A stretch of DNA of 64,000 bases from an uncultured Spirochaetota bacterium (GTDB taxonomy: Bacteria; Spirochaetota; Brevinematia; Brevinematales; JAOACQ01): positions 96,001 to 160,000 of the forward strand of contig CAWAOD010000016.1 in the NCBI GenBank assembly GCA_963783575.1, written 5' to 3'. Below, piece after piece: positions 50,621 to 61,000 of this stretch (the stretch's first letter is position 1; each line of letters starts with the position of its first letter). A model generated the notes under the pieces. That model had not been told where the DNA came from, searched no databases, and saw only the letters and a list, made by a program, of their open reading frames with translations. Made by a program: the position numbers and the translations under genes.

Positions 50621-53188
50621 CTACCATTCCAACCAGAAGCCGATTGAAGGGATTATGCCGAAGAAGGCTTTTTGTTCGGTCACGATGGTATAATTGGTGT
50701 TATAAGAATAACCGGTAACCTGCAGGTCGTTGTAAACATTCTGAGCCTCCGCATAGAAACCGTATGGGAGATGGAACATCTCCCCCCTGTATTCCAATTT
50801 AAGGTTCAGGGTATGATAATCAGGAAGCTTTGCCGAGTTATAACCGGCAAAATTCGGAGTATAAGCCGTATTTGTTATAACATTAGAAACAATGTTTGTA
50901 ATGACCGTATGAGAAGTGCCCCCTGTAATTGGCGTATAATACGCTCCTGATTGAAGGCTGAACACTCCGGTTAATGACCAGTGCTTGCTAATATTCCAGA
51001 TTGCGGTGATATTCAGTTTATAATCTACCTGGTCGTCGCCTGTAAACCACTGATTTACCGGCGGATACGGTGTATTTACCGATGCCCCGGTCACACGGTT
51101 AGCGTCAACCATCTCCGAAATAAAATCGCTGCCAAGCCCGATCCAGCCATAAACAGGAAAATTACCGGGCTTCTGCATCCAGAAAATCTCATATCCATAG
51201 ACCTTTTCCTGCTCCCCGGAAGTGACATAGGTCAGCTGAAAATTGCTGCTTACATTGAGGACATTCCGGTAATCTTTAAAATATCCCTCAACTGTAAGGG
51301 ATGAAGATGGAAATACCTGCCACTGGTTCCCAATTACATATTGGTAGCATCCTGGAATATCAATATTGTTCCTGTTTGATTCAAGGCCCGAAACTACTGA
51401 CGGAGCTGTCGGGAATTGGGACATATATCCCCAGGCACCATAAATTTTTTCTCCCTTTATAATTTCATACTGAACTGTAATGCGAGGGTCAAAAGAGGTT
51501 TTATTGACAAAATCGACATAATTCGCCCGTAGACCGCCGAGAATAGAAAGCCTATTATCGAAAAAATAAGCTTCATCTTCAAGAAAAGCCGAATAAATAC
51601 CGAGATTCCCGTTATAACCGGAATCAATAAGATCTTTTGTTTCCTCCTGATGTGTAACCTGGTTTGTATAAAGTCTGTAAAACACATTTGTTGCAAATAA
51701 AGCTGGATAATAAATTATTTCTCCTCCCGGCCTGAGAACATTGTTGGGAAGGATGTTGATGTTAAGCATCGCTTTATAATGCATGTTATTGGCCGATGCA
51801 TTATTATAAGAGCTCATTAAATTGGTTGTGTTGTTTGTAGTTGTATTGGTAAAATAAAATCCCTGGTAGGAATCGCTGTAGGTTCCCTGAATATATTGCT
51901 CCAGTGATAAATTATTGTCAAAGGTATGTTTCCAGTGAAGGTTAAGCGTTCCTTCCGGATTGTAGCTTTGAGCCGATAATGAAAGGGATTGAAAAGGGTT
52001 TCCGGTCCTGCCGGGTGTATTTGTAGTTGCGAAATATATTTTTGTAGGTTCGTCTGAATATAACCAGATCAGCTGAAGTAGGTCATTTTTATCCTTATAT
52101 TGAATTTTGCCCTGTGAATCAAGATAGTATGGAAGTGAGATTGTCGTAGTTTCGATTCCCGGCTGGGTAAGATTTAGTAGAAGCATGCCTTCAAGGTCGT
52201 ATTGAGTCCTCCGGATACCTCCGGCAAAACTCCATTTACCGTCTTTAGTAGCGCCGTTTAATGTAAGATATGTGTTCAGAAGGCCGATATCAAGCTTCCC
52301 ATGGAATCCCTCATTACCGTCTATAAGGCTTACATCCAGCAGGCTGGACATAGCCTGGCCGTATTGCGGCGGAATGACGCCTTTATAAAGTGTCATCTCT
52401 TTCACCATATCTTCGATAAAAACCGAATCGGGAAAAAGTGTATGATAGGGATGATCAATCAATGTGCCGTCCATCAGTGCCATATTTTCGAGGCCTGTCC
52501 CGCCCCGGACTGAAATGCCGGAAAAATCACGATTCCCACCGAAAGATCCCCCCCCGGCTGTCCTGGTATTAGCCTGCTGTACACCGGGCATCTGGAGCAG
52601 TGTGCTGACTGGGTCTCCCGTAATAGATGTATCAACCTTCTCCTGGGTTTCCTTATCGATCACGTTTTTAGAAACGCTGCCTTTATCTTTTTCGCCTACA
52701 ACCTCAACTTCACCCAGAAATGCAGAACTTTGCGGGGTCAAATAAAATGTAAGATTTTGATTTTTTTGAAGCATTATTTCCCGGGATTCAACATAAAACC
52801 CGACACATCTGATTTCTACGGTATATGCTTCCTTTCCCAGATCTTCGAATAAAAAACTTCCGTCATTCTCAAGCTGAATATTATCAATCATATTAGTTCC
52901 CTTTTTTAAAAAAGCAAAGCCTGTGGTAATTATATCTTTGGTGTCGCGGTTCAATACCTTGCCTTTTATTTGAAAACCTGAACTTTGGACGTAAGCTGAT
53001 TGATTGGTCGTATTCTGTGCGTACTCAAAGCTTGAAAACCATATAAAAAGAAAAATAATAATTAAACCTTTGATTTTACTAATAAATTTCCCATAAGTAA
53101 TAAACCTGATTTTATTTTTTATACGGAAACCTTTAATAAAATCAGTAAAATAATTTATAATACCAGTCGGCATAATAAACTTCCTCAC
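50621..53188 (-). CDS. TonB-dependent receptor with carboxypeptidase-regulatory-like N-domain
   Basis: IKGKVL, LGEVEVVG, plug (LLQMPGV, ISVRGG, YKGVIPPQYG), C-terminal ...IGFWLEW; true start may be downstream. Confidence 0.85.
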   Translation of the reverse strand: MRKFIMPTGIINYFTDFIKGFRIKNKIRFITYGKFISKIKGLIIIFLFIWFSSFEYAQNTTNQSAYVQSSGFQIKGKVLNRDTKDIITTGFAFLKKGTNMIDNIQLENDGSFLFEDLGKEAYTVEIRCVGFYVESREIMLQKNQNLTFYLTPQSSAFLGEVEVVGEKDKGSVSKNVIDKETQEKVDTSITGDPVSTLLQMPGVQQANTRTAGGGSFGGNRDFSGISVRGGTGLENMALMDGTLIDHPYHTLFPDSVFIEDMVKEMTLYKGVIPPQYGQAMSSLLDVSLIDGNEGFHGKLDIGLLNTYLTLNGATKDGKWSFAGGIRRTQYDLEGMLLLNLTQPGIETTTISLPYYLDSQGKIQYKDKNDLLQLIWLYSDEPTKIYFATTNTPGRTGNPFQSLSLSAQSYNPEGTLNLHWKHTFDNNLSLEQYIQGTYSDSYQGFYFTNTTTNNTTNLMSSYNNASANNMHYKAMLNINILPNNVLRPGGEIIYYPALFATNVFYRLYTNQVTHQEETKDLIDSGYNGNLGIYSAFLEDEAYFFDNRLSILGGLRANYVDFVNKTSFDPRITVQYEIIKGEKIYGAWGYMSQFPTAPSVVSGLESNRNNIDIPGCYQYVIGNQWQVFPSSSLTVEGYFKDYRNVLNVSSNFQLTYVTSGEQEKVYGYEIFWMQKPGNFPVYGWIGLGSDFISEMVDANRVTGASVNTPYPPVNQWFTGDDQVDYKLNITAIWNISKHWSLTGVFSLQSGAYYTPITGGTSHTVITNIVSNVITNTAYTPNFAGYNSAKLPDYHTLNLKLEYRGEMFHLPYGFYAEAQNVYNDLQVTGYSYNTNYTIVTEQKAFFGIIPSIGFWLEW

Positions 53189-53589
53189 AGCCGTATGGAA
53201 ACTCCTTCGTTTTTCTTTCCGGCAAAAAACCGCTAATATTTAAAGTCCGGAAAGTGATAAAAAGATGCATTCTAACCTAAAACCTGTTTCTGTTGAGAGA
53301 AAAAAAGTCGTATACTAATAAAAATGTAATTCCTTATTTTATCATTATTAATTTTCGAATTAATAAAAATTAAAGTTGTAAACTTATAGCTTATTGTTAT
53401 TGAATTATGAGAAATTTCACCAAAAATTGAATAAAATAGTATTCTTCCCAGGACTATCCCATAGAGATATAATTAATTGAAATTTCACTAATGGTGCAAC
53501 ATTTTGCCTCTTTTGAAAGTCCATACACTCACATAACTATTGTAATACGAACAAAACATCTTGTCAAGACCATTTTTTGTTGAGTACAA

Positions 53590-53770
53590 CTAAGAGTAAC
53601 TTTTTTGAGATAGCAACTCCGCCATCTGGAAGACGCCATTCCAGGAAGGGCAAACAACCTTAGCGCTAATTTTGATCAATTTTTCCCGAGTTGTCATCGT
53701 CCGGTACTGCAAAGTCTTAAGCAGCAGAGTCTGCTTTATGAAAGAATAAAGAGCTGTAGCCGAAAATAGT
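53590..53770 (-). pseudogene. IS1380-family transposase C-terminal remnant
   Basis: TTREKLIKISAKVV...VFQMAE matches the IS1380 C-terminal pattern as recalled (LREKLIKIGAKVV...FQMAEV). Confidence 0.6.
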
Positions 53771-54215
53771 TACCGATGAAGTAATGGCATGATTATCTCA
53801 TTCATTTCATAGTATTCTTACCTTCTTTGAAATACTGTTCAGCAGTGAATGGTTGTAAAAATGAATGTGATTTTATTGTTTATACCGAATTATTCTTTTG
53901 GCCTGATGAACTTTTAGTAACCTTAATTTTCATATCACTGTCTTTAGGCATTATATAAAGCCTTTCTTTGCATTGAACTTATCCAAATTTTTTCTATTGG
54001 GGCATGTTTGAGTTTTCAGCAAAATATTTTAAATACCTCTGATCTTAACTCTAATGATTCAATCGAGAATTTCTAATATTCAGAAATAAAGAAAAAAATG
54101 AATGAAAAAGTCTCTTAATGAAGTAACACTTCAATAAAGTAATTGCTGTTTACATAATATTATATAATCAAAGGGATCAAAACCACTTATTTCTTTAGTC
54201 TAAAGACAGTGATCA

Positions 54216-54866
54216 TCACTCATTCAATTCCAGGCTAATATTCTCAAAGTAGGTTTCGGAAGTTACAGTAACGGAAAAAGCCGAAATAAGTGTTAAAATC
54301 TTCTGTATAACGGGGATGCCTTGAAGCGTTAAATAAGTGATTTTTATCTCATAGGGATAATCCGTTTCATTGCCTTGATAAATAATCCCATCTATCGCTT
54401 TGAGCCCTTTATTATAGATTATGGTTAAAACCTTTTTTTCATTAATTTTATCTGCTTTCACAATTCCGCTAAATACAATATGACTATCCGTTTCACTTTC
54501 AGCCTTCAGCCGGTAACGGTTCAAAAAAGTAGCAAAATATAAATCTCCCATCTGTACAGGTTCTCCCGACACAGGCTTTTTTACGCCGTTAATCAGGGTA
54601 TCCCCGTTTGTTCTGATAATGATTACGACCCTCGAAGGAGAATCGATCCGATAGAGGGTGCCGTCATTCACAGAATATGAGAAAAAACCTTTCTGGTTAA
54701 GCACCTGTCCGGTTCCGGAAGTTTTGATAACAACATCTGCGTTTAAAGATTTAATCTTTCTCGAATAATACCGCAGATCCTGCATTACCTGTTCACCGGA
54801 ATAAGAAAATAAAATAGCCGGGAATATTGTTAAAACTATATACAAAACAATATTTTTATAAGTCAT
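54216..54866 (-). CDS. exported LolA-like protein
   Basis: Signal peptide; IKSLNADV...QKG...YRIDSP pattern; directly downstream of the giant gene. Confidence 0.5.
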   Translation of the reverse strand: MTYKNIVLYIVLTIFPAILFSYSGEQVMQDLRYYSRKIKSLNADVVIKTSGTGQVLNQKGFFSYSVNDGTLYRIDSPSRVVIIIRTNGDTLINGVKKPVSGEPVQMGDLYFATFLNRYRLKAESETDSHIVFSGIVKADKINEKKVLTIIYNKGLKAIDGIIYQGNETDYPYEIKITYLTLQGIPVIQKILTLISAFSVTVTSETYFENISLELNE

Positions 54867-55003
54867 AACTCTCTCCTTCTCCATGTCCTTCAACATGCGT
54901 GCCGCTTGATCCGGGTATGATTCCCCGCAGTTTACGGAGTTTACCCCGAGCGAGCCGAGGGGCTACCTGTCAAGTTGGCTTCCTGCTATTCTACATTTAT
55001 AAT

Positions 55004-55024
55004 ACCCCGCATCTTACTGCGGGG
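55004..55024. repeat. palindrome CCCCGCA-TCTTAC-TGCGGGG (REP-like or terminator)
   Basis: Perfect 7-bp stem; related half sites TCCCCGCAG near 54922 and 24367. Confidence 0.5.
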
Positions 55025-55061
55025 AGAGTTTATTAAATGCGCCGCCTTCTATATCTCCTAT

Positions 55062-58000
55062 TTATTCTCTACCTTCTTCCCAGTCATCATCATTCCTTTT
55101 ACCGGTCACATCCTCATAAATCCTGAGTTCATCCAGGTAGAAATATTCCTTTGGGTTGAACGAGTCAGTTTCACTGAATCCAAAGTATAGTTTTCCATTT
55201 TTATCCGAATAAACGGACTGATTTGTCCTGGTAAAAAAGGTTTGCTTTAAAATATCATCAATGTAAAATTGAATATAGGGTGTATTGCCGGAAGAAGATA
55301 AATCGTAATTCACCCTGATCCTGTGCCAGTTTTGATGGTGATCATCATCATGATCTTTCCCATCTTTATCATCTGCTCCGTCATCATTGTTTGTCAAATA
55401 ATAATTTGTCTGGCCCAGACCAATTGAAATACCGTACCTGGGATCCAGGTAAATGCTGAAGAGGGAAGTGGTATCACTCCTTATCTCAAACAGGGTCATT
55501 CTGGCCGACGGTTTCATGCTGTTATCCGGGAGATTATCCTGCATCATAAACTCAATCGAGGATTTGACCGGATTTATCAATTCATTGGTAGCCATACCGT
55601 AGATAATACCGGGTGAATAATCCTTATGCGCCGTAATCCCAAGGTAATGGTCGCTGAATATATAATAGGGCTCATTGGTAAGGTTCGGTTCCCACTTCCA
55701 GTCCTTTCCATAAGGAACATATGAACAATCGTAATATTCAAAGCCGGAATAGAGCAGGAGGGTTTGTTCATAATCCTTAACAATATTGAATGCAACCTGG
55801 TTGGTCGAATGGTTCCCGGCTTCGTCTTCAGCATAAACCAATAACTGGTAATTTCCTGAATTGGTAATAATCCAGTTGGTATAAAGGATCCATTTTTCAT
55901 CGCTTTTTTTCAGGTATTCTTCAAATACAGGTTTTACCGTAAAATCATCTTTTACCGAAACCACCGGAGAAACGGATAAATAATTGTGTTTATCGATGAC
56001 ATTAATGATATTGATCTTCGGAGGTTTCTTGTCGATAACAAATTCCCTGTAAACCGAAGCGATGTTGGTGTAAATGTCCTCGGCATAAATGTTAAGAATG
56101 TGATTCCCTTCCGTATTTATTATAGCGGTTGCTTGTCCATTCATCAAACCATACAGCTTCCCATCTATGGAGACTGTCGTATTGGACAGCGATAGATTCG
56201 GGTCATCGATCTGGACAGTTAAGTATATATCATTGCTATAATACTTCTTTTCGGTTAATCCGCTTACCGAGATTGAAGGAGGTGTGGTATCATGGAGAAG
56301 GAATTCCTTAACAACATCCGTCTCATTTCCGGCTTTGTCCACAGCTCTGACAGAGAAGATATAACTGCCGGCCATTGTTATTTTCACCGAATTCGCCGTT
56401 AAAGGCATACCGTTTAAAAACGCCTCTGTTTCCGAGATATTTTCATCCAAAACGGCATAGCTGAATTCAACCGGCTTAAAGAATTCCTCAGAATCCAGGC
56501 CTGTGACCGTAATCACCGGTTTTGTCTTATCAATAACAAATGACAGGTTTACCCGGTTTGTATGATTGACAACATCCCAGGCGGCCGCCTCAATCCGGTG
56601 GATACCTTCGTTGGTTACCATGCAGAGGCCGTTTCCATTGGTTTTTTGATCTATGACGATCAAACTCCCTGACAGATTAGCGTCCGCTGCGAACATATTT
56701 ACTGAGACATCCGTATTATAGTACTTATTATTAATCGCGCCGTCGATTTGTATCGCAGGCGCAGTTTTGTCTATTATAAATTCCTTTTCTGTTTCGCTGC
56801 AATTGCTAAATATATCTCCGGCATAGACTGCCAGGTGGTGGGTTCCTTCCTGAGTAACGGCCGTGACGAATGTTGTCCCGTTAAGAATATTGGTTTTTCC
56901 GTCTATCACAGCGCAGCACGCGCTTCCCGACAGATTTGCATCGGATACCCTGATTGAAAGGTTAACATCATTTCCGTAATATTTTCCGTTATCAAGCCCC
57001 GAAATGGTAATCTCCGGAGGTATGGAATCGATCACGATGAAATTTTTCGTTAAGACGGCTTCATTGCCCGCCTTATCCTGGGCATCGATCGTAAGGGTGT
57101 AATTTCCGGCTTTCGTTACGGAATAAATGTTTGTCGATAAAACCTGGTTATTTAATGCGGCGGTTATTGCTGAGAGATTATCATCGGCCGCCGTATAACC
57201 TAATTGCACGGTATTGGAATAAACGGTTGCTTCCAAACCTGTGACCGTAATCACCGGTTTTGTCTTATCAATAACAAATGACAGGTTTACCCGGTTTGTA
57301 TGATTGACAACATCCCAGGCGGCCGCCTCAATCCGGTGGATACCTTCGTTGGTTACCATGCAGAGGCCGTTTCCATTGGTTTTTTGATCTATGACGATCA
57401 AACTCCCTGACAGATTAGCGTCCGCTGCGAACATATTTACTGAGACATCCGTATTATAGTACTTATTATTCACCGCACCGTCGATTTGTATTGCAGGCGC
57501 AGTTTTGTCTATTATAAATTCCTTTTCTGTTTCGCTGCAATTACTAAATATATCTCCGGCATAGACCGCCAGGTGGTGGGTTCCTTCCTGAGTAACGGCC
57601 GTGACGAATGTTGTCCCGTTAAGAATATTGGTCTTTCCGTCTATCACAGCGCAGCACGTGCTTCCCGACAGATTTGCATCGGATACCCTGATTGACAGGT
57701 TAACATCATTTCCGTAATATTTCCCGTTATCAAGCCCCGAAATGGTAATCTCCGGAGGTATGGAATCGATCACGATGAAATTTTTCGTTAAGACGGCTTC
57801 ATTGCCCGCCTTATCCTGGGCATCGATCGTAAGGGTGTAATTTCCGGCTTTCGTTATGGAATAAATGTTTGTCGATAAAACCTGGTTATTTAATGCGGCG
57901 GTTATTGCTGAGAGATTATCATCGGCTGCCGTATAACCTAATTGCACGGCATTGGAATAAACGGTTGCATCCAAACCTGTGACCGTAATAACCGGTTTTG

Positions 58001-61000
58001 TCTTATCGATAACAAAAGAGAGGCTTGCCGTATTAGTATGATTTACTTTATCCCAGGCAATTGCCAGAATTTGCTGTTTTCCGGACCCCGATACGGTGAA
58101 CTGACCTGTCGGGACGGTTATTCCATTTAAATAAACGGAACTTCCAGCCGGGTTGTCTTCAAGGATATTAACGGATATTGTTTTATCCGAATTATAAAAA
58201 TTTCCTTCCTCGGCACCAGTAATCCCTATAACAGGAGCTGTCCGGTCTATTACGAATATCCTGTCGATGACGGTTGTATTACTGTAAGAGTCCTCTGCAT
58301 GAATGAGCAAATGATGAGAACCTTCCAGGTTAATATTGGTGGAAAACGGAATGCTGGTAAGATAATAGATTTTACCGTCTATTGAAGCATAAGTGGCGCT
58401 TTCCAGGAGATTTTCATCCCAGACTGAAATGCTTAAACTTATGTCATTGCTGTAATATTGATCCGGTTTTAAACCTTTTAATGTTACGACAGGGGCGATA
58501 TTGTCGCTCCCGCCGGTATTTACGGTGAATGTTTTAAAGTATTCACTTGAATTTCCGGCTTTATCGACCGCTTTAACCGACAGATTGTAACTGCCGCTTG
58601 CACTGATTTTGTAATGGTTCGTACCTAGAGCCTGGCCGTTAAGCTGTGCATCGACTTTATCCAGATTAACATCGGAAACCAGGTATCCGAATTCAACCGA
58701 GCTTGTGTAATTTGTTTCAGATAATCCTGAAACGTCTATCTCAGGCTTAGTCTTATCAATAGTAAATGTAAATAATACGCTGTTAGTATTCATGAAAGTA
58801 TCACTTGCGGTCACTTCAAGGGTATGAACACCTTCGGCCGAAACCGTAAATGAATTTGTTTCAATAATAGCGCTGTCCATAACAACCCGGCTTGAATCAA
58901 GGTGCGCATCCGTTGATTTCACAGTAATTACAGCATTATTGCTGTAATAATGAGCATCTTCAATTCCCGTAACGCTTATGACTGGAGCGTTCGTATCTAT
59001 TACGATAGCAAGAGGCGGAATTTTCCCTCCGTCGTTAGTAGTATCGCACACTTCGATGAAGAGGTAATAGGGTTTACTGAAATTCCCGCTGAACCGTTCA
59101 TTCGTCCCATATTCTTCACGGTATAGATACCCATTATTGGCATTGTCCTCCGATATTGCGGCAATAAAGTAAAATCCCTTCTTTAATTCAACCGGTTTCT
59201 CAAAGCCGCTGTAAACAAAATCTTTATCAAGTATATCCTTGTCCCACCTGAACCCGGTGATATCCTGCACATCATAGTCGAAATCATGCCATCTCCATCT
59301 CCAGGCGTCATTGACAACATCTCTGTAATGGGACTCATCCACTTTTGCAATATCATACCAAACCTTTCTGATTCCGGAAGATACACCATTCACGGCAGGG
59401 TCTTCTCCGCTCATAAGGAGGATCGAGTTGGTCAAAGTTTTAAATACGTTATTCGTCAATTTACCATTGCCGATGGTGAAATTGATCACGGGTTTTGTGC
59501 TGTCCGCCAGACCTATTCCGGAATCTTGCCTGAAATTTCCCTTGCCGTCTTTATACTCGGCTTTAACCAGATATATTCCGTCATTTAATCTTTCAGTACT
59601 GCCATAATGTGGGGTTTCACCGATATATTCCCACAGTTCACTCCGTTTGTTGTAATTCCTGTCATTATACAGGCCTAACCAGTCTTCAGGTACGAAGGAA
59701 AGCTTGGTGCTGTCAAGCGGCAGGTAATCCAGCTTTTTCTTTGCCCTTTCGTCCGAATGAAATTTGACATCGAAAGGTATAGCTTGACTGTAGAAATTTG
59801 TTGCCGGCCTGACTATTTCGATCAGGTCATCCAGGGTATTGGTGATGGTCATCCAGTTACCTGGCATTCCGTAATCGCTCCATGCCCTTACTTTAGCGGT
59901 TATATTAAGTGCCTGGCCGGCTGTCAATTTGATATTGCTCAATATTGTATGGTTGGCGGAAATATTTTGAACCTGCCCGGAAACCGAGAATTCATAATTC
60001 CCGGCAGGCACATTATTCAAGTCCTTCCATTCATAAATTATATTCGTATGATTCAATACCAGGCTTGTAAAGTTCGTAATACCCGGTTCACTGTTATTGA
60101 TTTTAACTGTATAATAATGAATATCCTCATTGTTCCCGATTTTATCTATTGCCCGGAAACTGAAATCGTGGAGTCCATCATCAATGAATTTAAGCGGTAC
60201 GGTATAAGTTATCCATTCATCATTGTCGATGCGGTACTCTATCTTGTCAACTCCCGAAACGTAACCGTCGTATTCACCCATATCATCCTTTGCATCGAGC
60301 ACAATCGTTACATTGGAATTCGCCAGTATCATACTTCCGTTAGTGGTAAAATCACCACGGAGTGCTATCCAGCTTACGGGCGGCGTTGTGTCGGGAAGCG
60401 GGATGTTTACATAGTCTGTTACAGCGCTTTCGTTACTAACCAGATCCATAGCATTGAAAACAATTTCATACAATCCTTTGCTGTAAATCCCCAGGTCACT
60501 GAAAGAAATCCCGTTACCGTTTGTGTAATATGTATAAAAATTTGTTTCGATAAAAATATTATTGCTGATGCCCCTTATGGACAGTATAATTCTCTCAATG
60601 CCGCTGTCTTCCTTAATATCCGCGTTAAACCGGTTCGCCGGTGAAATATATTTTTCACCCATAATGTTCATGGGTTCTATCAAATTCGATGTGTAAACGA
60701 CCTTTAAAACAGGAGCTATACCGTCAATAAATATGTCCATTGAATTTGTAGCCCAGTTGTCCACATCATCCACACCGGCATCGTAAAGGGTATAAAATCC
60801 GTTTGTGTAACCGTAAAAAGGTATGACATCGCCTTTGGTATAATCTTTCAGAACAGGCTCCGTACCTCTCGGTACTATGCTATAGTATAAGCCTTTCAAA
60901 TCCGGATCATCGGAATAAATTGAAACGCCCGCGTTTGTACTTACAAAGAAGCTGTATTTTGTTAAGTTTGTTTGTGTATGAGCCGGTATATTTTCGATAT

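Noticed and set aside
53190..54210. Riboswitch (cobalamin or c-di-GMP) upstream of the TonB receptor
   Set aside because: No consensus elements found; the GC-richer patch is better explained as an IS1380 remnant.
56500..58007. Diversity-generating retroelement TR/VR pair
   Set aside because: In-frame tandem copies; the differences checked are not adenine-specific, and there is no reverse transcriptase in the window.
59757..60644. 295-aa plus-strand ORF and the many other short overlapping ORFs in the track
   Set aside because: Antisense or off-frame shadows of well-supported genes.
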